A stretch of 49,109 nucleotides of DNA from Ferruginibacter sp. (GTDB taxonomy: Bacteria; Bacteroidota; Bacteroidia; Chitinophagales; Chitinophagaceae), in assembly GCA_031377605.1 (NCBI GenBank), contig JANMFB010000277.1, positions 1 through 49,109 on the forward strand, written 5' to 3'. The position numbers were made by a program, and so were the translations under genes. The notes beneath the pieces were generated by a model that saw only the letters and a program-made list of their open reading frames with translations, had not been told where the DNA came from and ran no database searches. Numbering within the stretch: position 1 is the stretch's first letter; the number at the start of each line of letters is the position of its first letter. Positions 18,637 to 29,102 of this stretch are shown piece after piece.

Positions 18637-19815
18637 ATGCAAGAAGCATATATAGTAGCAGGTTTTAGAACGGCTGTTACAAAAAGTAAAAAAGGTGGAT
18701 TAAGATTTACAAGACCCGATGATTTGGCAATAGAAGTAATAAAGGGATTGATGGCTACAATGCCACAATTGGATACAAAGCGTATTGATGACGTTATCGT
18801 AGGAAACGCCGTACCTGAGGCTGAGCAAGGATTACAGTTCGGTAGAATTATTGCAGCAAAGGCATTGGGTGTTGAAGTGCCTGGTATTACCATCAATAGA
18901 TATTGCGGAAGTGGACTAGAAAGTATTGCGATGGCTACATCGAGAATACGGTGTGGGATGGCTGAATGTATAGTTGCTGGCGGTACAGAAAGTATGAGTT
19001 TGGTACCTACTGCAGGGTGGAAAACAGTTCCATCGTATGCAATTGCAAAAGATGATCCGGATTATTATTTGGGCATGGGGCTTACAGCTGAAGCTGTGGC
19101 CAATGAATACAATGTGAATAGAGCAGACCAAGATATGTTTGCATATAACAGTCATTTAAAAGCGGCAACTGCTATAAAAGATGGGCATTTTAAAGCAGGC
19201 ATTCTACCAATAAATATAGAGCAGGTTTATGTTGATGAAGCTGGCAAACGAAAAACGAAAACATACATTGTAGATACCGATGAAGGCGTAAGGACAGATA
19301 CAACACCAGAAGGTTTGGCAAAATTAAAACCTGCCTTTGCGGTAGGCGGAAGTGTAACTGCCGGCAATAGCTCACAAACGAGTGATGGTGCGGCTTTTGT
19401 GGTAGTAATGAGTGAGCGTATGTTAAACGAACTTGGTTTAAAACCAATTGCTCGTTTGGTTAATTGTGCAAGTGCGGGTGTGGAGCCTCGTATTATGGGG
19501 ATTGGCCCGATTGCAGCAGTACCAAAGGTTTTAAAACAAGCTGGTATGAGTTTAAATGATATAGATTTGTTTGAATTAAACGAAGCCTTTGCATCGCAAT
19601 CACTAGCTGTAATTCGTACACTTGAGCTTAATAACGACATTGTAAATATTAATGGCGGAGCCATAGCACTAGGGCATCCGCTTGGGTGTACAGGCGCCAA
19701 ACTTACCATACAAATAACCAACGATTTAAAACGCCTCAATAAAAAATACGGCATGGTAACCGCTTGTATTGGAGGCGGGCAGGGCATTGCAGGTATTATC
19801 GAAAATATAGATTAA
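18637..19815 (+). CDS. Acetyl-CoA C-acyltransferase (thiolase)
   Basis: INRYCGSGL, TAGNSSQTSDGAA, NEAFA, GHPLG and CIGGGQG motifs; TATCTTTG at 18581. Confidence 0.95.
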   Translation: MQEAYIVAGFRTAVTKSKKGGLRFTRPDDLAIEVIKGLMATMPQLDTKRIDDVIVGNAVPEAEQGLQFGRIIAAKALGVEVPGITINRYCGSGLESIAMATSRIRCGMAECIVAGGTESMSLVPTAGWKTVPSYAIAKDDPDYYLGMGLTAEAVANEYNVNRADQDMFAYNSHLKAATAIKDGHFKAGILPINIEQVYVDEAGKRKTKTYIVDTDEGVRTDTTPEGLAKLKPAFAVGGSVTAGNSSQTSDGAAFVVVMSERMLNELGLKPIARLVNCASAGVEPRIMGIGPIAAVPKVLKQAGMSLNDIDLFELNEAFASQSLAVIRTLELNNDIVNINGGAIALGHPLGCTGAKLTIQITNDLKRLNKKYGMVTACIGGGQGIAGIIENID

Positions 19816-20093
19816 TTTTTTTGGGTAACCAGCTTTTCAGCATTGGGCAACTGAATTGGCGACGCTCCGTTCAACAGTATATCATTGTTCAACTTTAATT
19901 ATGCAATATATAAACACAAATGCTTAGCGTATTTTGTTATAACCATTGTGTACTTTGTGAAATACTTTTTGCTCTTTGTGATAAACATTTAAAATCAAGC
20001 GCCTTTGCGCCTTCCTGGCAAAAATATTCTCTATATAAATCCTTAATTTGATTTTCATAAAACTAAAATTCACCTTTGCACTAATGTTAAAAT

Positions 20094-20678
20094 ATGAGTA
20101 CAGATAAAGAATTACAAAAACGAAGCGAAGGTGCTTGTGAATTATGCAAAGCAGATAATAACAACAAGCCTTATGCATTACCAATGAGCCCAAGTAAAAA
20201 TGCTGAAAATCAACTTTGGCTTTGCGAAACTTGCATTACTCAATTAGAAAACCCATCAGAAGCCGATGAAAACCATTGGCGTATGTTAAACGAAACCATT
20301 TGGAGCGAATTGCCTGCGGCTAAAATAGCCTCGTGGCGCATGTTACACAAACTTACACAATTCGATTGGACACAGGATTTAATAGATATGTCCTACCTCG
20401 ATGAGGAAGAACTTGAATGGGCAAAAGCAAACGGCGATGGCAAAAACCCCGATGATATCGTAACCCACCTCGATTGTTTTGGAGCAGTACTACATAATGG
20501 CGATAACGTTGTACTTACAAAATCGTTGGATGTAAAGGGTGCAACCTTTAGTGCCAAAGTTGGTACTGTGGTGCATAACATACGCTTAGTATCTGATAAT
20601 GCCGAGCAAATAGAAGGACGAGTAAACAATTCTATGATAGTAATTCTAACAAAGTACATTAGAAAAGTAGCAAAATAA
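20094..20678 (+). CDS. PhnA domain-containing protein
   Basis: CELC...CETC N-terminal domain and a C-terminal HLDCFGAVLHNGDNVVLTKSLDVKG...GTVVHNIRL PhnA domain. Confidence 0.85.
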   Translation: MSTDKELQKRSEGACELCKADNNNKPYALPMSPSKNAENQLWLCETCITQLENPSEADENHWRMLNETIWSELPAAKIASWRMLHKLTQFDWTQDLIDMSYLDEEELEWAKANGDGKNPDDIVTHLDCFGAVLHNGDNVVLTKSLDVKGATFSAKVGTVVHNIRLVSDNAEQIEGRVNNSMIVILTKYIRKVAK

Positions 20679-20786
20679 TTTTCGAGCAAATCCTCGTTAT
20701 TAAAAGCTAGTAGATTTTTAAAGCTATTTTAATCTTGTGTAAAGTTGGAGAAACTTATTAACGTTGACAAAACTAAAGAAAAAATA

Positions 20787-20845
20787 ATATTTGCAACGTT
20801 GCTGCAAATATAAATATATTGCTTACATTTGCAACATTGTTACAA
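20787..20845. promoter_or_regulatory. Two tandem TTGCAAC-N3-GTTGCAA-like palindromic operators overlapping a TAnnTTTG promoter
   Basis: ATATTTGCAAC-gtt-GCTGCAAATAT (20787-20811) and TTGCAAC-att-GTTACAA (20829-20845); TACATTTG at 20824-20831. Confidence 0.7.
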
Positions 20846-20925
20846 TTATAAATATTTACTGATCATTATAAAATTTGCATAACAAATTTTTAGCTCAAAT
20901 ACCATTCTAAGAAAAAAATTAAAAA

Positions 20926-23331
20926 ATGAAAAAAATACTATTTGTATTCGCAATGCTTATTGCTCTTTTAGCAAACGCTAACAATCCTTCAAATTTATTA
21001 AAGGGAAATTTTAGTGGTATTGTTACAGATGCTGCTACAGGAAAGCCTTTGAGTGGGGTATCTATTTATATTTCTGATACGAGAACCGGAACAGCTACCA
21101 ACGCTAATGGCGAATTTTTTATGACCAATATTCAAGAAGGTTTTCATTTGATAGAAATTTCGCATGTGGGTTACAATACAATTGCAGAGCGCATAGAAAT
21201 AAAAGGAGATACAAAAAAAGATTTTATTTTGGCTGAATCGGTGGTAGAAAACAATGCGGTGATCGTAACTGGCGTTACTCGTGCAGCACAATTAAAGAAA
21301 GTCCCTTTTCAAGTTTCAGTAATGCGTAAAGATGAATTGCAACAAACTACAGCAACCAATATTATCGATGCTATCACGAGAAAATCTGGTGTGACCTCTT
21401 TATCTACAGGCCCTGCCATTTCAAAACCAGTAATACGAGGACTTGGTTACAATCGTGTACTTACCATAAATGATGGAGTACGCCAAGAAGGTCAGCAATG
21501 GGGCGATGAACATGGTATAGAAATAGACGAAGCTAGTGTACAAAAAATAGAAATACTAAAAGGACCTGCTTCATTGGTATATGGTAGCGACGCAATGGCA
21601 GGAGTAATAAATATCATTAGCAATGTGCCTGTAGAAAATAACACCGTAAAATTAAATGTAGGTTCAAACTACCAGAGCAATAATAGACTAAGAAGTTTAT
21701 ATGGTAATGTAGGTGGAAATATAAATGGCTTTAGTTGGAATTTATATGGAACAACAAGAGCCGCTGCAGATTATAAAAATAAATACGATGGCAAGGTTTT
21801 CAACTCAAAATTTAATGAACAGAATTTTGGAGGCTATGTAGGATACAATGGTAGTTGGGGTTTTAGCCATTTAGTTTTTAGTGATTTCAATTTAAACCCA
21901 GGTTTGATAGAAGGCGATAGAGACAACAATGGAAATTTCATTAAAGCATTACCTGGTGGAGGCGAAGCAGCCCCAACTGATGCTGACTTTAAAGCTACGA
22001 AGCCTTTTGTTCCATTTCAACAAATAGGACATTTTAAAATTGCAAGCGATAACAATTTCAAAATAGGCAAAAACAATCTTACACTAAATGTGGGATATCA
22101 AAGAAATAAGAGAGAAGAGTTTGGTAATGTAGATGTCTTAACTGAAAGAGGATTGTTTTTCGATTTACAGACATTTACATATGCTGCACAATTTCATTTA
22201 AAAGAAGTAAATGGATGGAAGCCAAGCATAGGATCTAACGGTATGAATCAAAAAAATACCAACAGGGGTATAGAACAGTTAATACCAAATTACAATCTTA
22301 CTGACTTAGGTGTGTTTGGGTTTTTGGAGAAAGAAATAAAAAATGTTACTGTAAGTGGTGGTATGCGGTACGATAATAGAAATATTGATGTAGCCAATCT
22401 ATTAGAAACAGATGGTACCACAAAAGCAGACAAGTTTAAAAAATCATTTGGAAATTTCTCTGGTAGTGCCGGTTTAGCTTATGAAATAAACCAGCATGTA
22501 AATCTAAAATTAAATGTTGCCCGTGCCTTTCGTGCACCAAGTATACCAGAGCTCGCTAGCAATGGAAAGCATGAAGGAACAATAAGATATGAGATAGGTG
22601 ATGAAAATCTAAAAAGCGAAGTAAGTACACAATTTGATGCATCTATAGATTTGAATAACCAACACGTATCTTTCAATTTGGCTGGCTACATAAATTCTTT
22701 TAGTAATTTTATTTTTTATGAAAAACTAAGTTCTAAAGCAGGTGGAGACTCTATAACAGTTGTAGATGGAGAAGATGTAAGCACCTTCAAATTTGACCAA
22801 CGCAAGGCTTCTCTTGCAGGTATTGAAGCCACATTAGACATTCATCCCCATCCTATTGATTGGTTGCATTTTCAGAATACTTTTTCTTTTGTATCTGGTA
22901 ATTTTTCTGAACAAATAGAAGGTACAAGAAACTTACCTTTTATTCCTGCACCTAAATTACTTACAGAGTTAAGGGCTGATTTTAAAAAGATAGGTAATTC
23001 ATTTTCTAATTTTTATGCAAAAATAGAATTGGACAATACGTTTAAACAATCCAGAGCATTTACTGCATTTGATACAGAAACAACAACACCTGGTTATAGT
23101 TTATTAAACTTCGGTGTAGGAACGGATGTAGTTTCTAAAAAGGCTATTAAACTATTTAGCATAAATCTAGCTGCAAATAATATAACCGATGTTGCTTATC
23201 AAAATCATTTAAGCAGGTTAAAATATACTGCAACAAATCCTGTAACAAACAGAAATGGGGTATTTAATATGGGAAGAAATTTTAGTATAAGGGTAAATAT
23301 ACCGCTAGTGTTTAAGGTAAAGCATTCATAG
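20926..23331 (+). CDS. TonB-dependent receptor, likely metal uptake
   Basis: CarboxypepD_reg-like N-domain, plug motifs KPVIRGLGYNR, QQWGDEHG and IEILKGPASLVYGSDA, and C-terminal MGRNFSIRVNIP. Confidence 0.92.
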   Translation: MKKILFVFAMLIALLANANNPSNLLKGNFSGIVTDAATGKPLSGVSIYISDTRTGTATNANGEFFMTNIQEGFHLIEISHVGYNTIAERIEIKGDTKKDFILAESVVENNAVIVTGVTRAAQLKKVPFQVSVMRKDELQQTTATNIIDAITRKSGVTSLSTGPAISKPVIRGLGYNRVLTINDGVRQEGQQWGDEHGIEIDEASVQKIEILKGPASLVYGSDAMAGVINIISNVPVENNTVKLNVGSNYQSNNRLRSLYGNVGGNINGFSWNLYGTTRAAADYKNKYDGKVFNSKFNEQNFGGYVGYNGSWGFSHLVFSDFNLNPGLIEGDRDNNGNFIKALPGGGEAAPTDADFKATKPFVPFQQIGHFKIASDNNFKIGKNNLTLNVGYQRNKREEFGNVDVLTERGLFFDLQTFTYAAQFHLKEVNGWKPSIGSNGMNQKNTNRGIEQLIPNYNLTDLGVFGFLEKEIKNVTVSGGMRYDNRNIDVANLLETDGTTKADKFKKSFGNFSGSAGLAYEINQHVNLKLNVARAFRAPSIPELASNGKHEGTIRYEIGDENLKSEVSTQFDASIDLNNQHVSFNLAGYINSFSNFIFYEKLSSKAGGDSITVVDGEDVSTFKFDQRKASLAGIEATLDIHPHPIDWLHFQNTFSFVSGNFSEQIEGTRNLPFIPAPKLLTELRADFKKIGNSFSNFYAKIELDNTFKQSRAFTAFDTETTTPGYSLLNFGVGTDVVSKKAIKLFSINLAANNITDVAYQNHLSRLKYTATNPVTNRNGVFNMGRNFSIRVNIPLVFKVKHS

Positions 23332-23710
23332 AAAATTAAATACAGAACACTCTATTTAAAGATTCGCTATTATTTAATTGACTACGTTCTACTAACATGC
23401 TTTCATATGCTACGTATAAAATACTTATACATTAAAAACAACAAATGATTTTGATAGAATAAATAAATTGAAATATAGTACACTTTCCCTAAAACCTAAT
23501 TTGAAGAAATATCACTTAATATTAAAAGTAATAAAAGATTTATTATAATAATTTTCTCTACAATTCTTATTCGGTTCCTATTGTAATCTCAGTGATAGAC
23601 CTAATTGAAGGATAGCCCTTAATTTCATGCATAGAAAGTTAATAAAAAAAATGACAATCCTTGATTGGAAAATTGTCTAACTTTATCGCAGTACTGTATT
23701 ATAGGCCATT

Positions 23711-25804
23711 ATGAATAACCTTAGGATTTACATTGTAGTATCATTTTTACTTTTTACAACTCTTTGCCATTCTCAAAACCAAAATAACGTATGGTATTTT
23801 GGTGATAAGGCAGGCTTAAATTTTAATACAACTCCACCTACAGTATTGATAGATGGTGTATTTTCTCATGTTGAAGGTGTTAGCTCCATCTGTGATGCCA
23901 ATGGCGACTTGCTTTTTTTTACAAATGGAATTAATGTATGGAATTATAATAAGGAACAAATGCCTAATGGCTTTGGGCTTGGAGGAAACAATTCATCATC
24001 TCAAATTTTAGTTTTGCCTAAACCAGGAGATTGTAACATATTTTATATTTTTACAACTCCATCTCAAAATTTTGAGGGTGCTGCTTTATTTTCTATTGTA
24101 GATATGAGATTAGATTTTGGGAAAGGTAATGTAGTAAATAAAAACACATTTTTATTTGCTCCTACAACAGAGAGAATTCATGCTACATTTCAAAATAATG
24201 GGACTGATTATTGGGTACTTTTACAAGAATTAGGTTCAAATAAATTTTTATCATTTTCACTAAGCTCAACGGGTATAGATTTAAATCCAATTGTTTCAAA
24301 TGCAGGAATTGCGAATGCTCAAGTAAACGACGCTGTTGGATCTATGAAATTTTCTACTAACGGCAACAAATTATGTACTGCGAATGAATTAGGATTTGAA
24401 AAGTGTCAATTATTTGATTTCGACACCCAAACTGGAATTGTTTCAAACGGATTTGTAGTATCAGATAGTGCTGCATATGGGGTTGAATTTTCTAAAGATG
24501 ACAGTAAGTTATATTTATCAAGCTTTAGAAAATTTAAATTATCGCAATACGACTTAAGCTCAAATAACCCAACCATCATTAAAAATTCTGAGTTTATTTT
24601 AGCTAATTTAAACACAACAATTGAAAATGGGGGAGCTTTACAAATTGGTTCCGATAGCAAAATCTATGTAGCAAGAAATAACAAAACTTATGTGGGTATT
24701 ATTCAAAACCCAAATTTTCTTGGAGCAAGCTGTGGCTTTATAAATATTGGAATAAACTTAAATGGTAAATTATGTTTGACGGGATTACCTAATTTAATAA
24801 AAAGATATCCCTCCGCTTTCTGTGGTAATCTCCGTGCTAGCTTTACTCAATCAAATCTATGCAGCGGTAATGATATTACGATTATAGTGTCAGCTACGTA
24901 CGGTACTCCCGGTTATCAATACTCTCTAGATGGTATAAATTTTCAGAACTCAAACGTATTTACAAATTTAATTGCAAAAGATTATGAAATAACTGTAAAA
25001 GATGCTAACTCAGTTATTCGAAAAACGATTGTAAAAATACCTCCCGCAAATATATTCTCCCTAGCTATTTCAAATGTAACACAACCAGATTGTGGTTTTT
25101 CGAATGGTAAAGTTACGCTCACAACTACAAATGGCATTGCCCCTTTTCAATTTTCAAAAGATGGAATAAATTTTCAATCTAGCAATACTTTTACTAATTT
25201 ACCTGCATCACCAATAAATTTTATTGTAAGAGATGTAAATGGCTGTACAACAAATAAACAGCTAAATTTAGTTGCTACGAATAGATTTAAAATATTTGCA
25301 GGTAATGATACAGGTATTTTTATTAATCAAACCATACCATTATTTGCAAAAGATTTGACAAATAGTAATTTTATTACTTTTAAATGGTCTCCATCAGAAG
25401 GATTAGATAATCCATTTATTCAAAATCCAATTGCTACCATTACCAAAAATATACATTATACCATAGAAGCAACTACTGCTTTGGGGTGTATAGTTAGAGA
25501 CTCTATATATATTGAAGTGTATAAAGAAATAGGCATTTTTGTGCCTACTGCATTTACTCCAAACAATGACTACAGAAATGACTTTTTAAAAGCAATACCA
25601 AGGGGGATGAAATATTTAAAATACTTTAAAATATACAATCGATACGGAGAAATAATATTCTCTACAAATGATTTTTCCATAGGTTGGGATGGAAAAATAA
25701 GGGGTATAAGTCAAAACACTAGTACGTATGTATGGTTTGCAGAAGGAATAGATATCAATGGTAATATCGTTGAGAGAAAAGGATCATTTTCTTTAATTAG
25801 ATAA
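23711..25804 (+). CDS. T9SS type B (gliding motility-associated C-terminal domain) secreted protein with beta-propeller and SprB-like repeats
   Basis: WYFGDKAGLNF...GLPN N-domain, two G.PxYQYSxDGINFQxSNxFTNL repeats and C-terminal FVPTAFTPNxD...IYNRYGE...WDG...KGSFSLIR. Confidence 0.88.
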   Translation: MNNLRIYIVVSFLLFTTLCHSQNQNNVWYFGDKAGLNFNTTPPTVLIDGVFSHVEGVSSICDANGDLLFFTNGINVWNYNKEQMPNGFGLGGNNSSSQILVLPKPGDCNIFYIFTTPSQNFEGAALFSIVDMRLDFGKGNVVNKNTFLFAPTTERIHATFQNNGTDYWVLLQELGSNKFLSFSLSSTGIDLNPIVSNAGIANAQVNDAVGSMKFSTNGNKLCTANELGFEKCQLFDFDTQTGIVSNGFVVSDSAAYGVEFSKDDSKLYLSSFRKFKLSQYDLSSNNPTIIKNSEFILANLNTTIENGGALQIGSDSKIYVARNNKTYVGIIQNPNFLGASCGFINIGINLNGKLCLTGLPNLIKRYPSAFCGNLRASFTQSNLCSGNDITIIVSATYGTPGYQYSLDGINFQNSNVFTNLIAKDYEITVKDANSVIRKTIVKIPPANIFSLAISNVTQPDCGFSNGKVTLTTTNGIAPFQFSKDGINFQSSNTFTNLPASPINFIVRDVNGCTTNKQLNLVATNRFKIFAGNDTGIFINQTIPLFAKDLTNSNFITFKWSPSEGLDNPFIQNPIATITKNIHYTIEATTALGCIVRDSIYIEVYKEIGIFVPTAFTPNNDYRNDFLKAIPRGMKYLKYFKIYNRYGEIIFSTNDFSIGWDGKIRGISQNTSTYVWFAEGIDINGNIVERKGSFSLIR

Positions 25805-25823
25805 ATAAAAACCTAACTCATCA

Positions 25824-26129
25824 TTATGCTTGGCCTGCAGGCCCACCAAAATTGAAGGGTATTTCCACTGCTTCCAAATCCTGAATAACACCATTTACAG
25901 CTTCAAATTTTTGAACATTTTCTACCATGGCCTTCATAAAACGTTTAGCATGGAAGGGGGTCATAATGATTCTACTCTTTACTTTGCTCTTTGGCGTACC
26001 CGGCATTACATTTACGAAATCATACACAAACTCCGCATGGCTATGTGTGATTATTGCTAAGTTAATGTAGGTGCCTTCAGCTATTTCATCTGAAATTTCT
26101 ATATTAATTTGGTTTGGGGCTTGCTCCAT
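25824..26129 (-). CDS. DUF3467 domain protein
   Basis: QINIEI..EIAEGTYxNLAIITHSxxEFVxDF...SRIIMTPxHAKR motif. Confidence 0.85.
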   Translation of the reverse strand: MEQAPNQINIEISDEIAEGTYINLAIITHSHAEFVYDFVNVMPGTPKSKVKSRIIMTPFHAKRFMKAMVENVQKFEAVNGVIQDLEAVEIPFNFGGPAGQA

Positions 26130-26395
26130 TCTTGTCTTTTTATAATAGTTAAATGATGAATATTTTAATTAGAGAATGTATTTATAAATAAAAATATGTA
26201 TTTCTTCTTTTAAATTCTAGTTTTAAAGAAAATTATATATAGAGATAAATCTACTTCATAAAAGCATACGGAAATAAATAATTTACTATATAATATAAAC
26301 AAGTTATTGTTATAGATTTATATTAAATAAAAACTAATGAAGTGGGTGAAACGATTTTTACAATGTTTTTATCCGTAATAATTAAAAATACAATT

Positions 26396-26492
26396 ATACC
26401 AATTATATGGGAATGTAGTCCAATTAACTTTCAGTATAATGCCGCTTTAGTAGTCATTTAGGACAATACAATTGGACCATTATGAATAAACA
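26396..26492. repeat. 97-bp dispersed palindromic element, copy 2 (inverted relative to copy 1)
   Basis: GTAGTCCAATTAAC...ACAATTGGACC; the reverse complement aligns to 14570-14666. Confidence 0.9.
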
Positions 26493-26521
26493 GACGAAAT
26501 TAATCTCCTTTTGTATTAAAG

Positions 26522-26557
26522 TAAAGAGGCTGACTCGTAAATGAGACAGCCTCTTTA
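26522..26557 (-). terminator. Probable intrinsic terminator of the susC-susD-DUF1735 operon
   Basis: TAAAGAGGCTG-actcgtaaatgaga-CAGCCTCTTTA stem about 20 nt after the DUF1735 stop, with A/T runs on both sides. Confidence 0.7.
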
Positions 26558-26577
26558 ATATAAAAGATTAAAATAAA

Positions 26578-27540
26578 TTATCTTGGTCCTAAGTATGTAA
26601 GTTTTTGTGTCCACTCACGAGAAGTACCTAGTGCAAAATTACCCCCTACGTAACTGTAACCCCACCTTACATTAATAATCCTATTAACAGGATCATAATT
26701 GTTAGGATGTGTAGGATTCATGGTGTAGAAAGTAGCAGCTCCAGGAAAAGCGTTTTGAACTGTCACCGCATTTGTAGTTGGATTAATGGTGTACTCAGGC
26801 TCTTGAGATCCAAAATAGTTTAAAGCACCATTAAGTATAGCTGGGTTACCATAAGCACCCGCAGCAGTAAACCAAATTTTGCAAGCAGTTGCACTTGTTG
26901 TTCTTAGTTCCACCTCTTGAGTGCCTCCTGTATAACCAGGATTACTTGCAGGATGATAATTAGTGAAATCTACTTGATATCTACCATCATAAGCATTTTT
27001 AACAGAGATCATGCTTAAGAAAGAGTTGAAATTACCACTAATAACATAACCAGGGTTTGATATAGAAGCAATTTTGAAACCAATACCATATACGTTTATA
27101 AGACCTAAATCATTGGCATTTGCTTTGATTATTACGTTAGCCTCTCTTTTACCTTTTGGTATAACAACTTTTACACCATTTACAAAACTATGTATCGCCA
27201 AAGGCATACGAACCACAGTAGCACCATTGGCAGTATTATAATCATTAATGATAGTTGCAGACTGTGTAGTATCTAAAATTACTGTAATGTCCTCTGCTGC
27301 TGGTTCTGCAGCAGCAAGTCTTACTGTTGCTATATCAACATCTACTACTTGATTAACAGCATTTATACCAACAGTTTTGGTTTTTGCAGCACTATTAGGA
27401 GAAACTGCTAATTCTATAATCTTTGGAGCACTATCCAAATTTAAACCAACAACATTGTTGTCATAATCCTTATCCTTAAGGCAGGAAACGAGCCCAAGAA
27501 CAACAAATGCAAGGAATGTAAGCTTTAATATATTTTTCAT
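26578..27540 (-). CDS. DUF1735 (BT_3987-like) surface lipoprotein
   Basis: Lipobox LVSC and a DUF1735-like N-domain (YNTANG...V.IPKG...KNAYDGRY); lies downstream of susD. Confidence 0.75.
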   Translation of the reverse strand: MKNILKLTFLAFVVLGLVSCLKDKDYDNNVVGLNLDSAPKIIELAVSPNSAAKTKTVGINAVNQVVDVDIATVRLAAAEPAAEDITVILDTTQSATIINDYNTANGATVVRMPLAIHSFVNGVKVVIPKGKREANVIIKANANDLGLINVYGIGFKIASISNPGYVISGNFNSFLSMISVKNAYDGRYQVDFTNYHPASNPGYTGGTQEVELRTTSATACKIWFTAAGAYGNPAILNGALNYFGSQEPEYTINPTTNAVTVQNAFPGAATFYTMNPTHPNNYDPVNRIINVRWGYSYVGGNFALGTSREWTQKLTYLGPR

Positions 27541-27565
27541 TTTTTTTGTTTTTTAAAATTAAGAA

Positions 27566-29089
27566 TTATGGCATCCAAAATATCTTGTTTGTTTGAATAT
27601 TGATTGTTCCTTCTGCAGACACGTTACCTGCATTTGTATTAAATTCAACCTGAGGATAAGGGTATCTCTTAGGTATATAGGCAGTACCAACATTATTTGC
27701 TGCAGACTGAGGAACGGCAGGAAAACCTGTACGACGTAAATCCGCATAAATCTCAAAATTAGCTTGGCCAACTAGGCTAAAGTACTTTTGGTAAATAAGG
27801 GTTTGTAATTTATTTGTTGTAGCAGCATAATCTGTAAGCTGTATTGTATTTCCACCAATTACAGTTGTCTTTCCTGATGCAAGATAACTGGCTGCTGCAG
27901 CTGCAGCACCCGGAACTCCTAACCAAGTAAAAGACTCATTAACAGCTGCAGCAAACAAACTTGCATCTGTACCAGCAATTGTTGTAGTTGCTGGATATCT
28001 TAATTTAGCTTCTGCTTGAAGAAATAGACTTTCTGTTGATGTTAACATCCATTGATCTTGTGATGCTGATTTTGCTAAACCCTTTCCTGCAACACCAGAT
28101 TGATTATCAGAATTTAATGCAATAATTGGCTGACCATAAACTGTTCCTACATAAGCACCTCCAACTACTGTTGGCTCATAATAATACTCTCTACGTATAT
28201 CAGTAGGCGTTGCACTAAGAATATTAAGCGTAAAGGAATTTGCACGTGTAGATCTTGTAGCTTCATTACCATTTACAAGTTTTTTATAAGTATCCCAAAA
28301 AGGATTTTGTTGAGAAACGTTACTACCACTAAAAGCGGCTTTATAACCAGGATTCACAGCAGCTGTTTCGCCTGCACCTAGACAACCTTCAGCGGTTATT
28401 TTTGCAAGTTCAGTGCTTGGAACAATTATACCAGTGGTGTTTGCCAAACGCAATACCATTTTCAAACGAATAGTGTTAATGAATTCACGCCACTTAGATT
28501 TATCACCTTTAAACATAATATCTGCTGTTGCAATATTTATATCAGCACCTGCACTATTTATTAATGCCAATGCCTGGTCTAATTTCAAAAATAGATCTTT
28601 ATAAATATCAGTACCCTTATCGTATGTTGGTGATACCACATTAGCTAAGTTAAAAGCTTTTGTATAAGGCACATTGTTAAACAAATCTACCAATTCATAG
28701 AAGCAAACTACTTTCATCGTTTTTGCTATGCCTGAATAAAAATTTTGATTAAGTGCTTGCGCTTTTTTATCCATAACCTCATAATCATAAGCGTTGTCAT
28801 ACAAGGCATTCCAAGTACCATCACTAAAAGTAGCTACTACTTGGTAGGTTTCTGTTTGTACGTTTGGTCCAAAATCACCCCCACGACTAAATTGACCACA
28901 CCAATTGCCTACTGTTGCATAGCCTGCACCATGCCTAGCAGCTGTTGCATGTAATGCTCTTGGTAAAATAAGATCTGCTGTAATTATCCCATCACCGGGT
29001 TGGTTTGGGTTTTCATTAATGTCTAAGTAACCTTTTTTGCATCCGAATATTGATACAATAGTTACAAATATGATTATATATTTTTTCAT
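27566..29089 (-). CDS. SusD/RagB family outer-membrane lipoprotein
   Basis: Lipobox FGC-KK, LDINENPN, LVDLFNNVPY, DLRRTGFP and IPKRYPYP motifs; adjacent to susC. Confidence 0.92.
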   Translation of the reverse strand: MKKYIIIFVTIVSIFGCKKGYLDINENPNQPGDGIITADLILPRALHATAARHGAGYATVGNWCGQFSRGGDFGPNVQTETYQVVATFSDGTWNALYDNAYDYEVMDKKAQALNQNFYSGIAKTMKVVCFYELVDLFNNVPYTKAFNLANVVSPTYDKGTDIYKDLFLKLDQALALINSAGADINIATADIMFKGDKSKWREFINTIRLKMVLRLANTTGIIVPSTELAKITAEGCLGAGETAAVNPGYKAAFSGSNVSQQNPFWDTYKKLVNGNEATRSTRANSFTLNILSATPTDIRREYYYEPTVVGGAYVGTVYGQPIIALNSDNQSGVAGKGLAKSASQDQWMLTSTESLFLQAEAKLRYPATTTIAGTDASLFAAAVNESFTWLGVPGAAAAAASYLASGKTTVIGGNTIQLTDYAATTNKLQTLIYQKYFSLVGQANFEIYADLRRTGFPAVPQSAANNVGTAYIPKRYPYPQVEFNTNAGNVSAEGTINIQTNKIFWMP

Positions 29090-29102
29090 AATTATTTTAA
29101 AT

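Noticed and set aside
19190-19787. Long antisense ORFs (for example 19227-19787, 40408-40926, 8041-8562, 1575-2078)
   Set aside because: They lie opposite well-supported genes and have no motifs, consistent with shadow ORFs.
19924-20193. 89-aa minus-strand ORF over the thiolase-PhnA gap
   Set aside because: It overlaps the PhnA gene, and its distal part is a translation of the intergenic repeats.
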